Shown: positions 47,887-61,101, counted from the stretch's first letter. The stretch: 64,000 bases of DNA from Octopus sinensis (GCF_006345805.1 NC_043006.1:56854001-56918000); one strand, 5' to 3'. Translations and numbers: made by a program. Notes: generated from the letters alone by a model not told the origin.

Positions 47887-48282
47887 GTAAGGAACTTATG
47901 TCAGCATCAAGATGCACAAAATCTTTTAGATGACTGCCCACACGGAGCCCATAGCGATAATGAGTGTTTCTTTAAAATATTCCGTTATAAGCAGTGACGT
48001 CAGAAATGGTTGAATGTAGAAGATTCTAGAAGGTTCAAGGGTTCAAACAAGGTTGGAGGAGAGAGATCTAAGAATAGGAAGGTAAAAGGATGCAGGTCAA
48101 ATGAATGGTGATTTTGTTGTTTTCTTTTGTGAATGAGTGCCTATGTGTATGTATATAACTGCATTAATGGCTATGTGTGTGTATGTGTGTGCGTGATTGT
48201 GTGTGTGGATGGGTAGATGCCAAAAACAGACAGTGGTGAAGTGACAGGTTTGTGTCTGTGTGTTTGATTGTGCTTACGATCG

Positions 48283-48317
<35 letters not shown>

Positions 48318-48454
48318 CGAGTTAGAGAGACAAAGGTAAAACACACCTCATTGGGTTGGGTAGCAGTCCTTTAAGAGTATAAAAATTGACTATGGGGGTG
48401 ATATATAAATGGGACTATATTATTAAATTTCAAGGAGGTTATCTATATTAATCA

Positions 48455-48946
48455 TTATTCATATAAGTGAAAGGTGTGTTTTTGCCAGTGCATGCATCTA
48501 TAGGATTTCTCGACCATTGCATTTATTAAAGGGACTTTGGCGAACAAAATATGGAAAAGTTCGGAATTACAGACGCCACAAAATTTTCTGCCCTTATCAA
48601 ACGGAAATGATACAGACAATATGGACCATTCCAGCTTGAAAGTTGTATTACTGTCCTTAAGACGCCAAACTATTTTACTTAGTCCTGTGCTGTGTTGTTT
48701 TCTCTTATCTCGGAAAGCTGAATAATGGTTGGAGATCCTGTGGGCTAATTTAGAAGTAGTTGCCCCAATGTAGAAGAAGACATCGGTACCGGAAGAAATT
48801 TTGCACTGGTAAATGTAATTTCTAATTTTGGAATTGCTGGATAAGAACTTTAATCTGTTAGGGTTTACCTCCGAGACTAAGACGGAGTTTTTATTGTTAT
48901 GATTGGTGTTAATATTATAGCTAGCATTGACCACAATACTATTCAT
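48455..48946 (-). CDS. PLE-type GIY-YIG endonuclease domain (C-terminal fragment of a truncated RT-EN ORF)
   Basis: NYIYQC..FYIGAT..RISNH..STGLSKIVWRLK..WSI..CGVCNSE..LIN..CMH: the GIY-YIG signature with PLE Cys/His motifs. Confidence 0.82.
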   Translation of the reverse strand: MNSIVVNASYNINTNHNNKNSVLVSEVNPNRLKFLSSNSKIRNYIYQCKISSGTDVFFYIGATTSKLAHRISNHYSAFRDKRKQHSTGLSKIVWRLKDSNTTFKLEWSILSVSFPFDKGRKFCGVCNSELFHILFAKVPLINAMVEKSYRCMHWQKHTFHLYE

Positions 48947-49282
48947 ATTATTATTATTACTATTAATTGTACTATCGTCGGTAATTTCCCTGACTATAGG
49001 AATGCTGGGGTTGTTATCATCAATACTACCACTGTTATTATAAATGCTGTCGTTATTACCACTAACACTACCACTGTACTAACACTACCACTAACACTAC
49101 CACATCCAACTAATATTATTATTAATATTACTATTGTTAATGCCAACGCTGCTATGAATGTTGCTATTATCAATACTACTTCTATTATTATTATTATTGT
49201 ATGTTTGGTTGGAATTGGTAAGGGCAGTGTCGCTACTCCCGGGTGATGAGTCCTTATTTAGCAGCTTGTTATTATGGGAGGC

Positions 49283-49362
<80 letters not shown>

Positions 49363-49393
49363 CATATATACACATATATATACATATATACAC

Positions 49394-49464
<71 letters not shown>

Positions 49465-49465
49465 T

Positions 49466-49680
49466 ATGTGTGTATGTTTGTGTGTCTGTGTTTGTCCCCC
49501 AACATCGCTTGACAACCGATGCTGGTGTGTTTACGTCCCCATAACTTAGCGGTTCGGCAAAAGAGACCGATAGAATAAGTACTAGGCTTACAAAGAATAA
49601 GTCCTGTGGTCGATCTGCTCGACTAAAGGCGGTGCTCCAGCATAGCTACAGTGACATGACTGAAACAAGCAAAAGAGTAA
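49466..49680 (+). mobile_element. SINE family A, 3' half
   Basis: TGTGTCTGTGTTTGTCCCCCAACATCGCTTGACAACCG..GACTAAAGGCGGTGCTCCAG..AAAAGAGTAA. Confidence 0.88.
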
Positions 49681-49968
49681 ATTACTTTTCAAGTGGTGTA
49701 GGTTAGAATTATATCGGTGCTGATTACAATTATACACACGACAGATATTTCTTCAAAATGAAACTTGAAATTCTGAAAAAAATACGTGATGTACGTCATT
49801 ATGCACGTGTACGAATCCATCAATGTTTTTCTTTTTTTTTTTTTTGTTCCTTTTTCCGATATAGTCGTAAATATATTTGTAGAAAATATAGATTTTTCTG
49901 AAAGTTATGAGGAAACAAACTTAGGAGGAGATGCACTTGTCCAGATATACTACTAATTTTATCAGTTA

Positions 49969-50501
49969 CTAGCTTAAGGGCCGCACTCCGTGCGGACTTT
50001 TCAGCTAGCTCCTGCGGAGGCCTAATTGGGAATGCGGCTCAAAAATAGAGACCTAAATAACTTGACTATAATAGTCTATAATGACTATATGCCCCGTTAG
50101 TGTTTTATCAGAGGTTAAGGACGGATGAGAATTCATTCTGTAAGGCAATTACTCTACTGTTCCAGTCCCATGTTGAATTCCAACAGTTAGCCAATTTCTC
50201 CCCTTATCTCTACGTAAAATTAACGAAGCGAATGTCATTTATCTCCATCTTGATCTCTGACGTCAACTGACGAACGGCAATCATGATGACATGAATAAGC
50301 CAAGCTTTATATGCTAGAAATAGCAACCCAGATGCTTTTGAATAAGATCCCAATACTGGATGTTCAAGAACAAATGAATGGCAGATTTTCAATATTGGTA
50401 TCATCCTGATTTCAAAATGGTATAATACGTCTATGTAGAGCAAACGAAGACTGAGATGCAGGGGTCTCAGACAGACAGAATTTCGCGTTTATTATTCTAG
50501 A
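49969..50501 (-). mobile_element. Complete non-autonomous Helitron of a second terminator type (533 bp)
   Basis: Minus strand A|TCTAGAATAATAAACGCGAAATTCTGTCTGTCTG ... hairpin CCGCACGGAGTGCGG (49981-95) ... CTAG|T. Confidence 0.75.
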
Positions 50502-50725
50502 TGTATCATATTTTCTGCAGTTTGATGCGAGCTCCACTGCACCGTGTTATTCCAGTAAACTGCTCAACCAGATGCACTCACATGTCTCCGTGATTAATGC
50601 AGCACTGGGGTTTTGGGTTGTAGAACTATGTTTATATACTTCATATTTGCTGTATTGTGGCATTTGACTTGTTATATCTGGTGCCATTTTAGCGTTCCAT
50701 CTATTTATTGTTAACATATACTTTG

Positions 50726-50891
50726 AGCGTAGGAGTGGCTGTATAGTAAGTAGCTTGCTTACGGACCACATGGTTCCGGGTTCAGTCTCACTGCGTGACA
50801 CCCTGGGCAAGTGTCTTCTACTATAGCCTCGGGCCGGCCAAAGCCCTGTGAGTGGATTTGGTAGATGGAAACTGAAAGAAGCCCGTCGTAC

Positions 50892-50931
<40 letters not shown>

Positions 50932-51112
50932 ATGTGTATATATCTGTGTGTCTGTGTTTGTCCCCCCAACATCTCTTGACTCGGCAAAAGAGACCGATAG
51001 AATAAGTACTAGGCTTACAAACAATAAGTCATGGGATCGATTTGCTCGATTAAAGGCGGTGCTCCAGCATGACCACAGTCAAATGATTGAAACCAGTAAA
51101 AGAGTAAAGAGT
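50726..51112 (+). mobile_element. SINE family A
   Basis: Head, microsatellite and tail, with a small internal deletion. Confidence 0.88.
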
Positions 51113-51499
51113 GAGTTTTGATATTATGTTTGGTCATGTTTATGTTTCATATATGCTTTTTAATAATTTTTGTGTTTTAACTTTGCGCGGTGATTGTATA
51201 GTAAAACACATTTCTAAGTGTTGCGTAATATTATTGGACGGCGGTTGTTTAGAATATGAGATGTGTTAGCTGCTGATTAGACTGACATGGAATTATACAA
51301 GACTAAGTAAATGACAAAACAATGTGTTTAAAATACATCAGTAATTAAAAATGTTCCTTAATGATAAAGGATAAGTATATACTTTTGTAATTATATGGGT
51401 CAGTTAGAATGTTCAATATAGATAAAATAGCTCGGATTAAATTAATGAGATATGAAAATTTAAGAAATATGTAAGCTGAACGGCGTATAATTATTAGAA

Positions 51500-51797
51500 T
51501 AGACGTGTTTATGTGGTTAGAAGTTTGCATCCTAACCACATGGTTCTGGGTTCAGTGTCACAGTGGCACCTTGAACAAGTACCTTCTACTATATCTTCGG
51601 GTCGTCCAAAGGTTTGTGATTGCATTTGGTAGACGGAAACTGAAAGGCCGTCATGTGTGTGGGTGTGTGTGTGTTTCTCCCCGCTACCGCTTGACAACCG
51701 ATGTTGGTTTGGTTACGCGTCAGTTACTTAGCGGTTTGGAAAAAGGGACCGATAGAACAATTACTCGGCTTTAACAAAAATAATTACTGGAATCGAT
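51500..51797 (+). mobile_element. Diverged SINE family A copy
   Basis: AACCACATGGTTCTGGGTTCAG..GGTAGACGGAAACTGAAAG..CGCTTGACAACCG. Confidence 0.8.
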
Positions 51798-51814
51798 ATA
51801 TAATAATAATAATA

Positions 51815-51854
<40 letters not shown>

Positions 51855-52134
51855 CAGTTAAGATCAGTTAAGATCTTAACTGATTGGAAGTGTCATCATG
51901 TACATTGTTTTGTCTTGGTATAAAAGATGGGCTACAGCAAATATTCTGCTCAATACCACAGATTTGCTTGTCAGTTGTTTGACCTTAACCAGTTGAGCAG
52001 GTCCCTTAGTGGCTGACGATATGTGCATCTCTGATCACGAGCAGAAGTAGTGGGGGAGCATCATAGCCATGTGTTGAGAGGGATTCTTTGGGGTTTGAAT
52101 AATTCACCTCTGGAAACATGGGTGGTTCTTTCAA

Positions 52135-52230
52135 CATCCATCGTAAAGATTGCCTTGTTGCTTTCTTTTGGCCGGGAAGGAAAGATAGTTTCCAACTGTA
52201 TTGTGGCTATAGCGAAGGAGATAGTGTGGC
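52135..52230 (+). pseudogene. Tiny L1/Tx1 ORF2 fragment
   Basis: SIVKIALLLSFGREGKIVSNCIVAIAKEIVW aligns with SIVKIAPPTSFNKEGEAVFLCLVAVAKEVVW at 32.3 kb. Confidence 0.7.
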
Positions 52231-53859
52231 ACCTCCTTCTATTTCTGCTTTTAATCTAAAATCTACTCGTTCAATTCTATCTCTGCTGAATTTTGTTACA
52301 TCCGTCTAAGCAATGATTTGCATAGATTCGTTAGGACGTAAGACAAATATCTTGCGGTGCTCATTCCAGTTGTGAACTCTGAGTTCCAATACCACCAAGG
52401 TCGACTTTGCCTGTCATCTTTCTGGAATTGATAAAATAAAGTCTCAGTTTGGGGCGGTTGATTGGAGGATTATTTTGATAATCGAACGGGATAATTTGCA
52501 ATATTTGCTCCGTTTCCCCTGTTAAACATTACTACTAGTTCCATTGTGGGATTTACTCTGTTGCAAGTATATGGACTAAGTTTCCGTTTTAATAGTAACT
52601 TCCTCTCTCCCACTAGTCTCAAATGTACTGCAAAATTAAAAGACTTGGGCACTACTTCTCATTCCCATTAAACGGTGAAGAATTCTTCCCGTTTGTAATG
52701 ATTTTTCTCGTTTTTGTATTAAAACTTAACATATGTTTACTTTCTAGATTGTATTTTATTGTTTCCTTGTATTTATATTATATTTGCTTTTCATTTTCCC
52801 TTATTTTCCCAATTAGCCTACATTTTACTTTTTCCAAAATTTTCTGCACCCACTGTGGTTAGTTTGAAATAGTTCCAGTTTGGTTCAGGCTCTTCCGTTC
52901 TTGTATGTGTAATAAGTATATCTATATCATTTTCAGCTTTAGTGTGGTAGATGTGTAGTGCACTCTTCTGATTTACCTGTTTCAACTTTTTGATTTACTT
53001 AACTCCCAGTTTATTATACTAAAATATAAAATTCGACAATCCGAGAAAACTGGTAATATATATGTTTTAGATGGTTGGGGCTTCTATATACGCAATCAAT
53101 TTCTGATTCTTTAAAATTTTCAATTTTCTAACCCTTCTGTAAAATACTTTTACATGATTCTCCCTCGGTTATGTGTCGTTTCTTATCAATTCTCTCTACA
53201 CCTATATACTTGCAATGAAAGATTCTCTTCTACTTCTCTGATTTCAGTGTCTAAATATAACTTAATATTTTGATATTTAATTAATGTCTCTCTTCCTAGA
53301 GACACATTAGAGTAGTTTCAGCATATTTATGTAATCTAATACACGTTTTGATAGCACTGCTGAATTCATATGCAGCTTTATCAGCTTCTCCAGCTGGATG
53401 TTGTCTGCTACATATCGTTCTCAGTTAAGCATATAGAGGATGTACTTTACAGTTTAACCATAGCTCTTGTAACCCATTCGTCGTTTGGCTGAACATGTTT
53501 TCTAATAGAATTTGTGTAAGACAGAATAATAAATGTCATAATGAAGCCCTACGATGTATTTCTTTACGGGGATAAGACTAGTTATTATTTGCTGTTATAA
53601 TGATGTTTCACCTCCACATAACACGTTAATACACTTTTTAAAGTTACCCCCACTTTTTTTTTTTTTGGTACAAAGCCAGCAAGTTCGGGAGTCTCTCCCG
53701 AAGTTAGATTGATTACATCGAACGTTCAACCTGGTACTTATTTTATCGACCCAGTGAAATGACATTATTTGTATGTATGTATGTATGTATGTATGTATGT
53801 ATGTATGTATGTATGTATGTATGTATGTATGTATGTATGTATGCATGTATGTATGTATG

Positions 53860-55035
53860 TTTTATGTATGTATTCTTATGCATATAGTTGTATATCTGGA
53901 CATGCTCATATATATTTAAATGATAAATTTCTGGAAAGATTTACAGATTTTTATAGTTCCAGTGATGGATTCGATCTATAGTCTTCGAATTAGCTTTCTT
54001 CTTCCTAGTTTTGAGAAGCCTTATTTCTCAAGACTGGTATTTAGGCAGTATGTTATATATCCCAGAGCCCTAATCATTACAGATATAAACCTGAACTTGT
54101 AATCTGGATAGGGTAACTGCAGATTTCTCAATAGTTCAACATAGGTGTTCTCTTTTTCACAGATCTTCAGCTTTATGTTAACATCTGCTGTGCAGCTAAT
54201 TTCCACAACTGTGCAGTTTCACTTCTCTATCCCAAATCATCATATCAGGTCTGTTGTGCTTAAATTTTATTGAGGTTTTCACTGGTACATTCCACCAGTA
54301 TTCCTTTTGTATTATGAGTGGCTATGGCTTCAACCATATTGCGGGTTCTTATTTCTTTGTCCTCAGGATTGTCTTTCCGGAGGATTTCATTATAGAGTGT
54401 CCTAGCTAGAATATCATGTCTCATCGATAGATAATACCGCGATGATATTTTCGGACAACTGCTTATGATGTGGATGATATCTTCAGTGTGAACTCCACAA
54501 AGTCTGCATCGGTTGTCACATTTTACCGCTTTTCCTGTATCTCTATCCCTTTTGTGCATCAAGTACTTGGTTGATATTTCCTGTTCCTGAATTGCAAACG
54601 CATACCCTTCAAAGTGAGAGGTAGTAATCCGGCTGTTGGTCCATAATAAATTGCTTTGATGATCAGTGTTACTATCATCATGGAGCTTTCTACTAACATA
54701 TCCATGCATCGTCTTCTGCTCATATAGGCTCATCCTTTCATCTGATGATACGTTGCGGTAGTGTCGTGCGACTTCTTTGGGTATGTATTCTAGGTTATCA
54801 GAGATAGACTGTTGCTCAAGGAGTTGCCTTCCAACTCTAATGATGTTATCAGCCTCGTGTATGCAAACTTGGTCAAAGGGATGCACTTCCATACTTGGTG
54901 GTTAAAAGATGTAAGCGAAGGGATATGATGTGACATTCAAAGGCATTTTGGATCGATGTTAAGCCCTTGCCGCCTTGTTTTCGTTTTAGAAAGCGGCGGT
55001 CTACGTCACTGATTATGTGGAAATTATGTGTGCTT
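53860..55035 (-). pseudogene. 3' part of an R4/Dong/NeSL-type RLE retrotransposon, followed by (CATA)n
   Basis: KRKQGGKGL; MHG; EGYAFAIQEQEISTK; CRLCGVHTEDIIHIISSC..RHD; RPD..EISC..KENTY. Microsatellite at 53770-53860. Confidence 0.9.
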
Positions 55036-55976
55036 TTTTTTTTGGTATAGATGAGGACCCATATTCGAATGTGTGTGTTTTATTATTTCTCACAGCTCAT
55101 GTCCATGATGTATCAGTAGCCCTGGATCACATATAGCCCTAGAATGCTCGATCAAGGAAACGTTCATCCTTAGAACTATGGTCAACTTACAGAAATCTCT
55201 GGCCGTCTGTAGCGAGAAGTGGAGGGGCGAGGCATTGTCGGTTTATTTGAACTTAACTTTTCTTCTTTCCTGACTTAATTAGGTACCGTTAATATATTGA
55301 TATTGCCTCTGTGTTCCATATTACACACTTTGAGTTATTGTACTAATGGCAGAAATCAATATCCAAAATGCCATTTGCAAAGAAGGAAAGAAAAGAAACA
55401 ACTTTGACATAAGGGGGCACATCCCTGCGGCGTATAACCAGTTTGGATACATTTATATCAATGCAAAATAATTGCAGTTCAATTTTCAGTAAAACGAAAT
55501 GATAGAAATAGCAGAGTACCAGAATAAATATTTTGTAATATTTGACTATGACCCATAGCGTTCTAAATTTCAAATCTAGCAATTTGATTATTCTTTTCAT
55601 CTCTACATGGACTGTTATACCAGCAATATATTGGGATCAACTCAATCAAACATATCCAACCCCTTGGATTGATACTGGTCTTTATTTTCTAAACGCTGAA
55701 TGGCTAAAAACTTAGATCGGCCCGCTAAGTTTGATACTCAGGTTCGGTATCTATAAGACTCTTCTGCCATCGACACAAATTTTCGCGATATTTACTTTCA
55801 TTGACTAACTCCAGCTAGGCTAACGTAATTTTCATCTTTCATTATTTTCTATTCACTGACAAGATCTCGAAACACTAGATTTTACACTCTTCACAACAAT
55901 AGAACTTATTACTTTTCTGCGAATTCTCAATTGCACATATAGATTTGAAAAGAGAAACGAAAAGAGAAAAAGAGAA

Positions 55977-56012
<36 letters not shown>

Positions 56013-56583
56013 TGTGTGTGTGTGTGCGTGTGTGTGTGGTTGCAAACATGTACAAACAAGTTGAGATTCAATGGAAGTAGGATCATCCACGTCTGCCACT
56101 GATATTTCATGTTGCACTCATTTGTCATTAATATAACACATCACTTGCTCATCGATGTATTTCTTTTCAATCTCAAAAAATTATTCCTTGCTTAAAATCA
56201 ATTACAGTTTATGGTTGTCGCCACATTTTGAAGTAAAAAAAAGATAGAGCAAAAGATTTTAAATTCAGTTCTTTGTGATAGAAGCACACCACGGGTTCGA
56301 ACTACTCTGAATGTGTTTCCCTGAAATATCCAAAGAAAACTGGGGGTGAACAGTCGCAGCAAGATAAACATGAAGAAAATCTATTCTAACTCATCTCGAC
56401 GGAGAGAACAATTTGAAATACAACCCAGAAACTTTTATCTACGCCCGGAAAGAACATGTATACCAAATTTGAAAGCCATGTTCCTGATTTAAATCGCCAT
56501 TGATATTATCCCAAACTTAATGTAAATTAAAATTACTTGTTAATATTTTTTTCTTATGTATTTCTTCTTTTATCTGCTTGTAG

Positions 56584-56656
56584 GTAATTTCATCGACAAA
56601 TCAAATATGATATTTTCATGTAAAGTGTTCTGCTTGAGTCTTTTTCGGAGACGAAG
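56584..56656 (+). other. Candidate 73-bp internal exon of an unidentified host gene
   Basis: Long polypyrimidine tract ending TTGTAG, perfect donor AAG|GTAAGT, one open frame (NFIDKSNMIFSCKVFCLSLFRRR), in sequence not recognisably repetitive. Confidence 0.35.
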
Positions 56657-58707
56657 GTAAGTATTTGCTTCCAGCATTTGTACATATTTAGTTTTATATA
56701 TTAGTTTTACACTTTCTTTAGACATATAAATTTAATCAATTATTCCTTTGAAATGGATAAAATAACCCTCTAAAATGTCGCAGTAGAAATTACCATAAGA
56801 ATATATATCTAGCGCACATTCTTTGTATTAGCTCTGCTATCATGCTTTCTTTTCTATGTTCAAGACCTCACTGTTAATAATTATGTACGCTATCAGTTCT
56901 ACGTAGATGATTTTATTATTCGTTAACTCCTTAATTATTTGCACACTGACGTCATCCTCACACAAAATGGAAATAGCACTCCATACTTGCACTACCTGCG
57001 CTTTCCTCATTATACTTATTAAGGGAAAATAGTTAATACATTTATCGAGGGCGAAAATTGCAAAAACTGTGCCCTCTCAATTCTGAATAACACTCTATAA
57101 CTCGCTACAACAGGAATATGACTATATACTCCTTTCGAACAACACAAAAACCACAGTCGATACCAGGACTCGATGTAAACCATGGGAAGGGGCACGTCAA
57201 ATATGGTGGGTCCCTCATGCACAAGAAATATAATTTTGGAAAATTAGTAAATTTATATCTCAAACCCATCTATTGCGTGTATTTTTATTTGACGAGGTAG
57301 CAGTGAAAGTTTAAATAAACGACTGAAAATGCCACTTTATAGATACACTTTGCATAATTCAAATTTTTTTCTCACACATTCACTTGCAGTATTTGACTTT
57401 TTGTTCATTGCGAAAAGTACAACGAAGGAAGGAAGAGGGAGTAAGACATTTTTTTCCTTTAACAAATGTTTCAAAATGTAGAATACGACAAAATGACAGA
57501 AAATTACGAAAAAGAAAAATATATAATTTTAGTGGTTGTTATTCCACAGGTTCGATGGGTATGTTTGTGGGAGGAGAGAGACAAGCATTGAAAAGACATG
57601 AATTATTAAAACTTTTGTCTTAAAAAAGCTTCCCTTTATTGTTTTTGCAATGCATGAATAAAAGAGAAAATCCTGACAAAATTTGCGAAATTCCAACTTA
57701 TATGGGACAGCTATTCCGAGAGAATTCCATTTCTCCATCAGATGACAATATACGAGTTATGGTCTTCTCATAGCTCTTTGCAATAGCAAGAGCTAGTTCT
57801 TCTGGAATGCTAAATGCTAAAAGGATCTTCAGTATTTTGTAACGATAGGTGCTGTCAAGCCCGTTGCTGAAGTCCACGAAGGTTATAACGGCAGGTAGTG
57901 GTTTTGATTTAACTCCTATGATATATGCCTCAGGACTAAGGTCTGAGATGTGGCTTGGTCTCAGATGGCTATCAAGCACCTGTCGAATCCTGTTGAGGAT
58001 CATTCGGTTGATGACTTTCAGTGAGATATTGGACAGTGCAATTCCTCTGTAGTTAGTTTCATTACTGATATTTCCTGACCTTGGGATTGGTATCAAGCTA
58101 ATCTCGGACCACTGATCTAGATTTATTCATAAAATCAAGTATTATTTCATTTGGATGGCACCTCTTGATACTTCAGAGGTTTCAGTCAATTTTTGGTTCT
58201 CTGAATTCTTTCAAATGCTAGCTGGGGTGCTACAAGGAGATACACTTGCACCATATCTGTTTGTAATTGTATTGGAGTATGCAATGCATAATCCAATAGA
58301 CAACAGTGACGAAGACCTTAATTTCGTCATAGACCAGCAATGATCATAGAAAGTGCCAGCAGTAACCAACACAAACCTGGAATTCGCAGATGATACAGCA
58401 CTCTTATCTAATAGATCAGTCATATTTACTAGATCAAGCTCAACAGCTGTTCAGCTGAGTAGAAGCATCAGCTGCAAAGATAGGACTGCACACAAACGTC
58501 AAGAATTCGAAATATATGTCTTTCAACCAATCAAGTGATACTGAATTGTTTGCTCCGAGTGGTTCCAAATTGAATGTTGCTGAAGTTTTCAAGTACTTAG
58601 GTTTTTGGGTAAGCAGTTTGGAAGCAGACATCAAGATCAGGAAGACACAAGCATGGACAGTTTGTCACAAACTAAAGAAAGTCTGAAACACCAAGCTGCC
58701 AGGCAAA

Positions 58708-59011
58708 TGAAAATGAAACAGTTCTATATTTAAGAGATGAGGAATTATGTACATTATTTACATTATTTACATTCCGAGTTCGATTCCAAGCAGTGACCTG
58801 AACAACAACAACAACAACAACAATAACAACAGCAACAACAACAACAATAATAATAATAATATAGAAAAATACCTTAGGAATGAGAACCCAGGTTCGAAAT
58901 TTCCCCAAAACACCTGAAGAAGGCTGGAGGGTATATCAGCCGAAACGTTGTTTTAACAACAAACAAGATGAGGACAAATATCCGTCAATTGTAAATAATG
59001 TAAATAATGTA
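58708..59011 (+). mobile_element. Short Penelope-type pLTR insert with 22-bp inverted repeats, splitting the LINE
   Basis: TACATTATTTACATTATTTACA (58750-71) / TGTAAATAATGTAAATAATGTA (58990-59011). LINE coding sequence resumes on both sides. Confidence 0.7.
58909..58954 (+). ncRNA. Minimal type I hammerhead motif
   Basis: AACAC-CTGAAGA-A-GGCTG..CAGCC-GAAA-CGT-T-GTTTT. Palindromic minimal stem III; one mismatch in stem I. Confidence 0.7.
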
Positions 59012-61017
59012 AATCAAAGTGAAGTTGTTCATTGCAACTGTTGAATCAGTGCAATTATATAACAAATATACATGGACACTGACAAAGAAATTATCAAATG
59101 GTATCAAGCTAATCTCGGACCACTGATCTAGACATTCATAAAATCAAGTATTATTTCATCTGGATGGCACCTCTTGATAACTTCAGATGCTACACAGGGA
59201 TGCTACAAATGGCTTTAAATCTTAAATGGCAGCAACAAATGACAAATGAATTGCCTTTATGGAGACCTGCCGAAGGTTAGCGAGAAGATCACACAAAGAC
59301 GGCTGCGACTATCTCATTACTTCGTGCGCCATCCTAGCTAGGAGCATCCAAATTAGTCTTGCGGAACCCATCTCATGGTGATTTAAGCAGAGAAAAACAT
59401 CGTCACACATCGACAACTTGATTGCAGACACTGGCCTAGAATATATCCAGAACTTCGAATCAGTGATGATAAACCGAGAAATGTGGCAGGTAGACTTTGT
59501 TGCCGTAATAAATAACCTGGCCGTAATAATAAATAATATTCCGAAAGTTTGTATTTCCTGTTTCCAGTAAGGAGTAATTGGACACAATGAGAAATATTTA
59601 CTGCATTTTTTTTTATTTTGAGAAAAAAAGATACTTTTATACATATTCACTATCCAACAAATGCCACATCAGCTAAGCAAATGAGCTTCTCTAAATGCAT
59701 TGAAAATCTATAACATATTCAGAACACTATTTCAGAAAATTACTTCCGTTCTCTTTCAGCATATAAAAGACAAATTTAGATGGGGCAAAATGAGTAAGAC
59801 AAGGTAAATTTGCCTCTTCAGTTTTCCAGAAATATATTTAAAACTAGCTTAAGGTGACCCGCCCTACGCGCGTGTAAGAGTGTGGTTGTACTTTCTGTTG
59901 CTTCTTTTCTGTTTTTTATCACAACACTCTACCTCTTTGTTTCTCTATCCTTTCTCTCTCACTTTCCCACTCTCTTACTCTTCCTTTCTCTCGAACTCTC
60001 CCTCGCTTTCTCTTACTCTCTATCTTTCTCTATCTATCTCTCTCCCATTTATAAACAACAAAAGATCTTAAGTAAGTTGAGAAGGAAAATATTTTCAAAG
60101 ATCAATCATAAATATCAGGCAGTGACAACGGAAAGGTCTGCTTCAAGGCAGACAGCAAAACACTAACATTTAAAAGAGACAAACTTTGAAGGGATAGAAT
60201 CTGAGGATAGTAGACTCGCCATGGCTGGAATTTCTTAACGACGGACAGCAACGTAGTGGCAGTTAACGGCTGGCGTAAAATTTTGAACTTGATGTAAAAG
60301 AAAATTCCTAAACACCAAGTTTTGAAGTGGTTCTTTCTCACGACAGTAGACTCACCATGGCAAGCATTCAAAACTTCTTCATGATGGACGGCAACACATT
60401 GAAAATTTAAAGGCTGGCGCAAATTTTTTAGCTTGATGTAACACAGAATTCCTAAACATCCGCTCCTGTAAATTTTAATCTCCATTCAGCCTCATTTAGG
60501 CTAATATAACCACATTTTGGCTAATAGAACCCGATTTAATTCGGCTCTACTTGGGCCACATTTTATAAGATGAGGAATTTTGTCATAGAAGTCACGCCTT
60601 TCATTTGAGGAAAACAATAGTTGCCATGCAAACTCGCCAGCACTTTTAACATAGGTGCGCATATTTTCAGCTCAACTGACCACATAATGCACACATTATA
60701 TATATATATATATATATCTCTTATTATAAAAGGCAGATTTTATCTGCCTCCCTTTGGGCGTTATACAAATCTACAATATAGGATTTCTTCAATTACAATT
60801 TACCTACCATTTTTAAGAGTACAATGCATCGCGTCATGCCAGGTCCAGTTTTTAAAATTTAAACTCCAATTAAGCAAAATTTACAGAAAACTCACATTCT
60901 GGTGTGTGTGTCAAATGCTTTTCTTAGTCTGGTTTACACCACACGCAAACGTACACACACAGTGTGCAATGAATAAACTGAAACTAATTCACTGTGTGTT
61001 GACAGGTAGAAAATAGA

Positions 61018-61101
61018 ATGCGATGGCGATGGCTATGGCGATGGCGATGGCTATGGCGATGGCGATGGCTATGGCGATGGCGATGGCTATGGCGATGGCG
61101 A
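61018..61101. repeat. (ATGGCG ATGGCG ATGGCT)n hexamer array with an 18-bp higher-order period
   Basis: Seen directly; absent from the second Helitron unit. Confidence 0.9.

Larger units (their letters stand above)
47600..49287 (-). mobile_element. 5'-truncated Penelope-like retroelement (linker, GIY-YIG endonuclease, 3' region with hammerhead)
   Basis: GIY-YIG ORF, downstream hammerhead on the same strand, and (TA)n at both ends. Confidence 0.85.
57730..59515 (+). pseudogene. RTE/RTEX-type LINE RT remnant with an inverted 5' segment (57730-58175 on the minus strand)
   Basis: Minus strand: IPIPRSG..NYRGIAL..FVDFSN..ILSSDG. Plus strand from 58199: SEFFQMLAGVLQGDTLAPYLF..LEFADDTALLS..FKYLG..IKVKLFIATVESV. 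Confidence 0.85.

Noticed and set aside
59844-59876. CTAG plus GC-rich hairpin-like end resembling the 49969 Helitron terminator
   Set aside because: The hairpin is imperfect and no matching 5' TC end was found, so no element could be delimited.
61018-61101. Regular repeat that could be mistaken for a CRISPR array or an (AI)n/(MA)n protein
   Set aside because: Pure tandem hexamers with no unique spacers, inside a Helitron; eukaryotic context with no cas genes.
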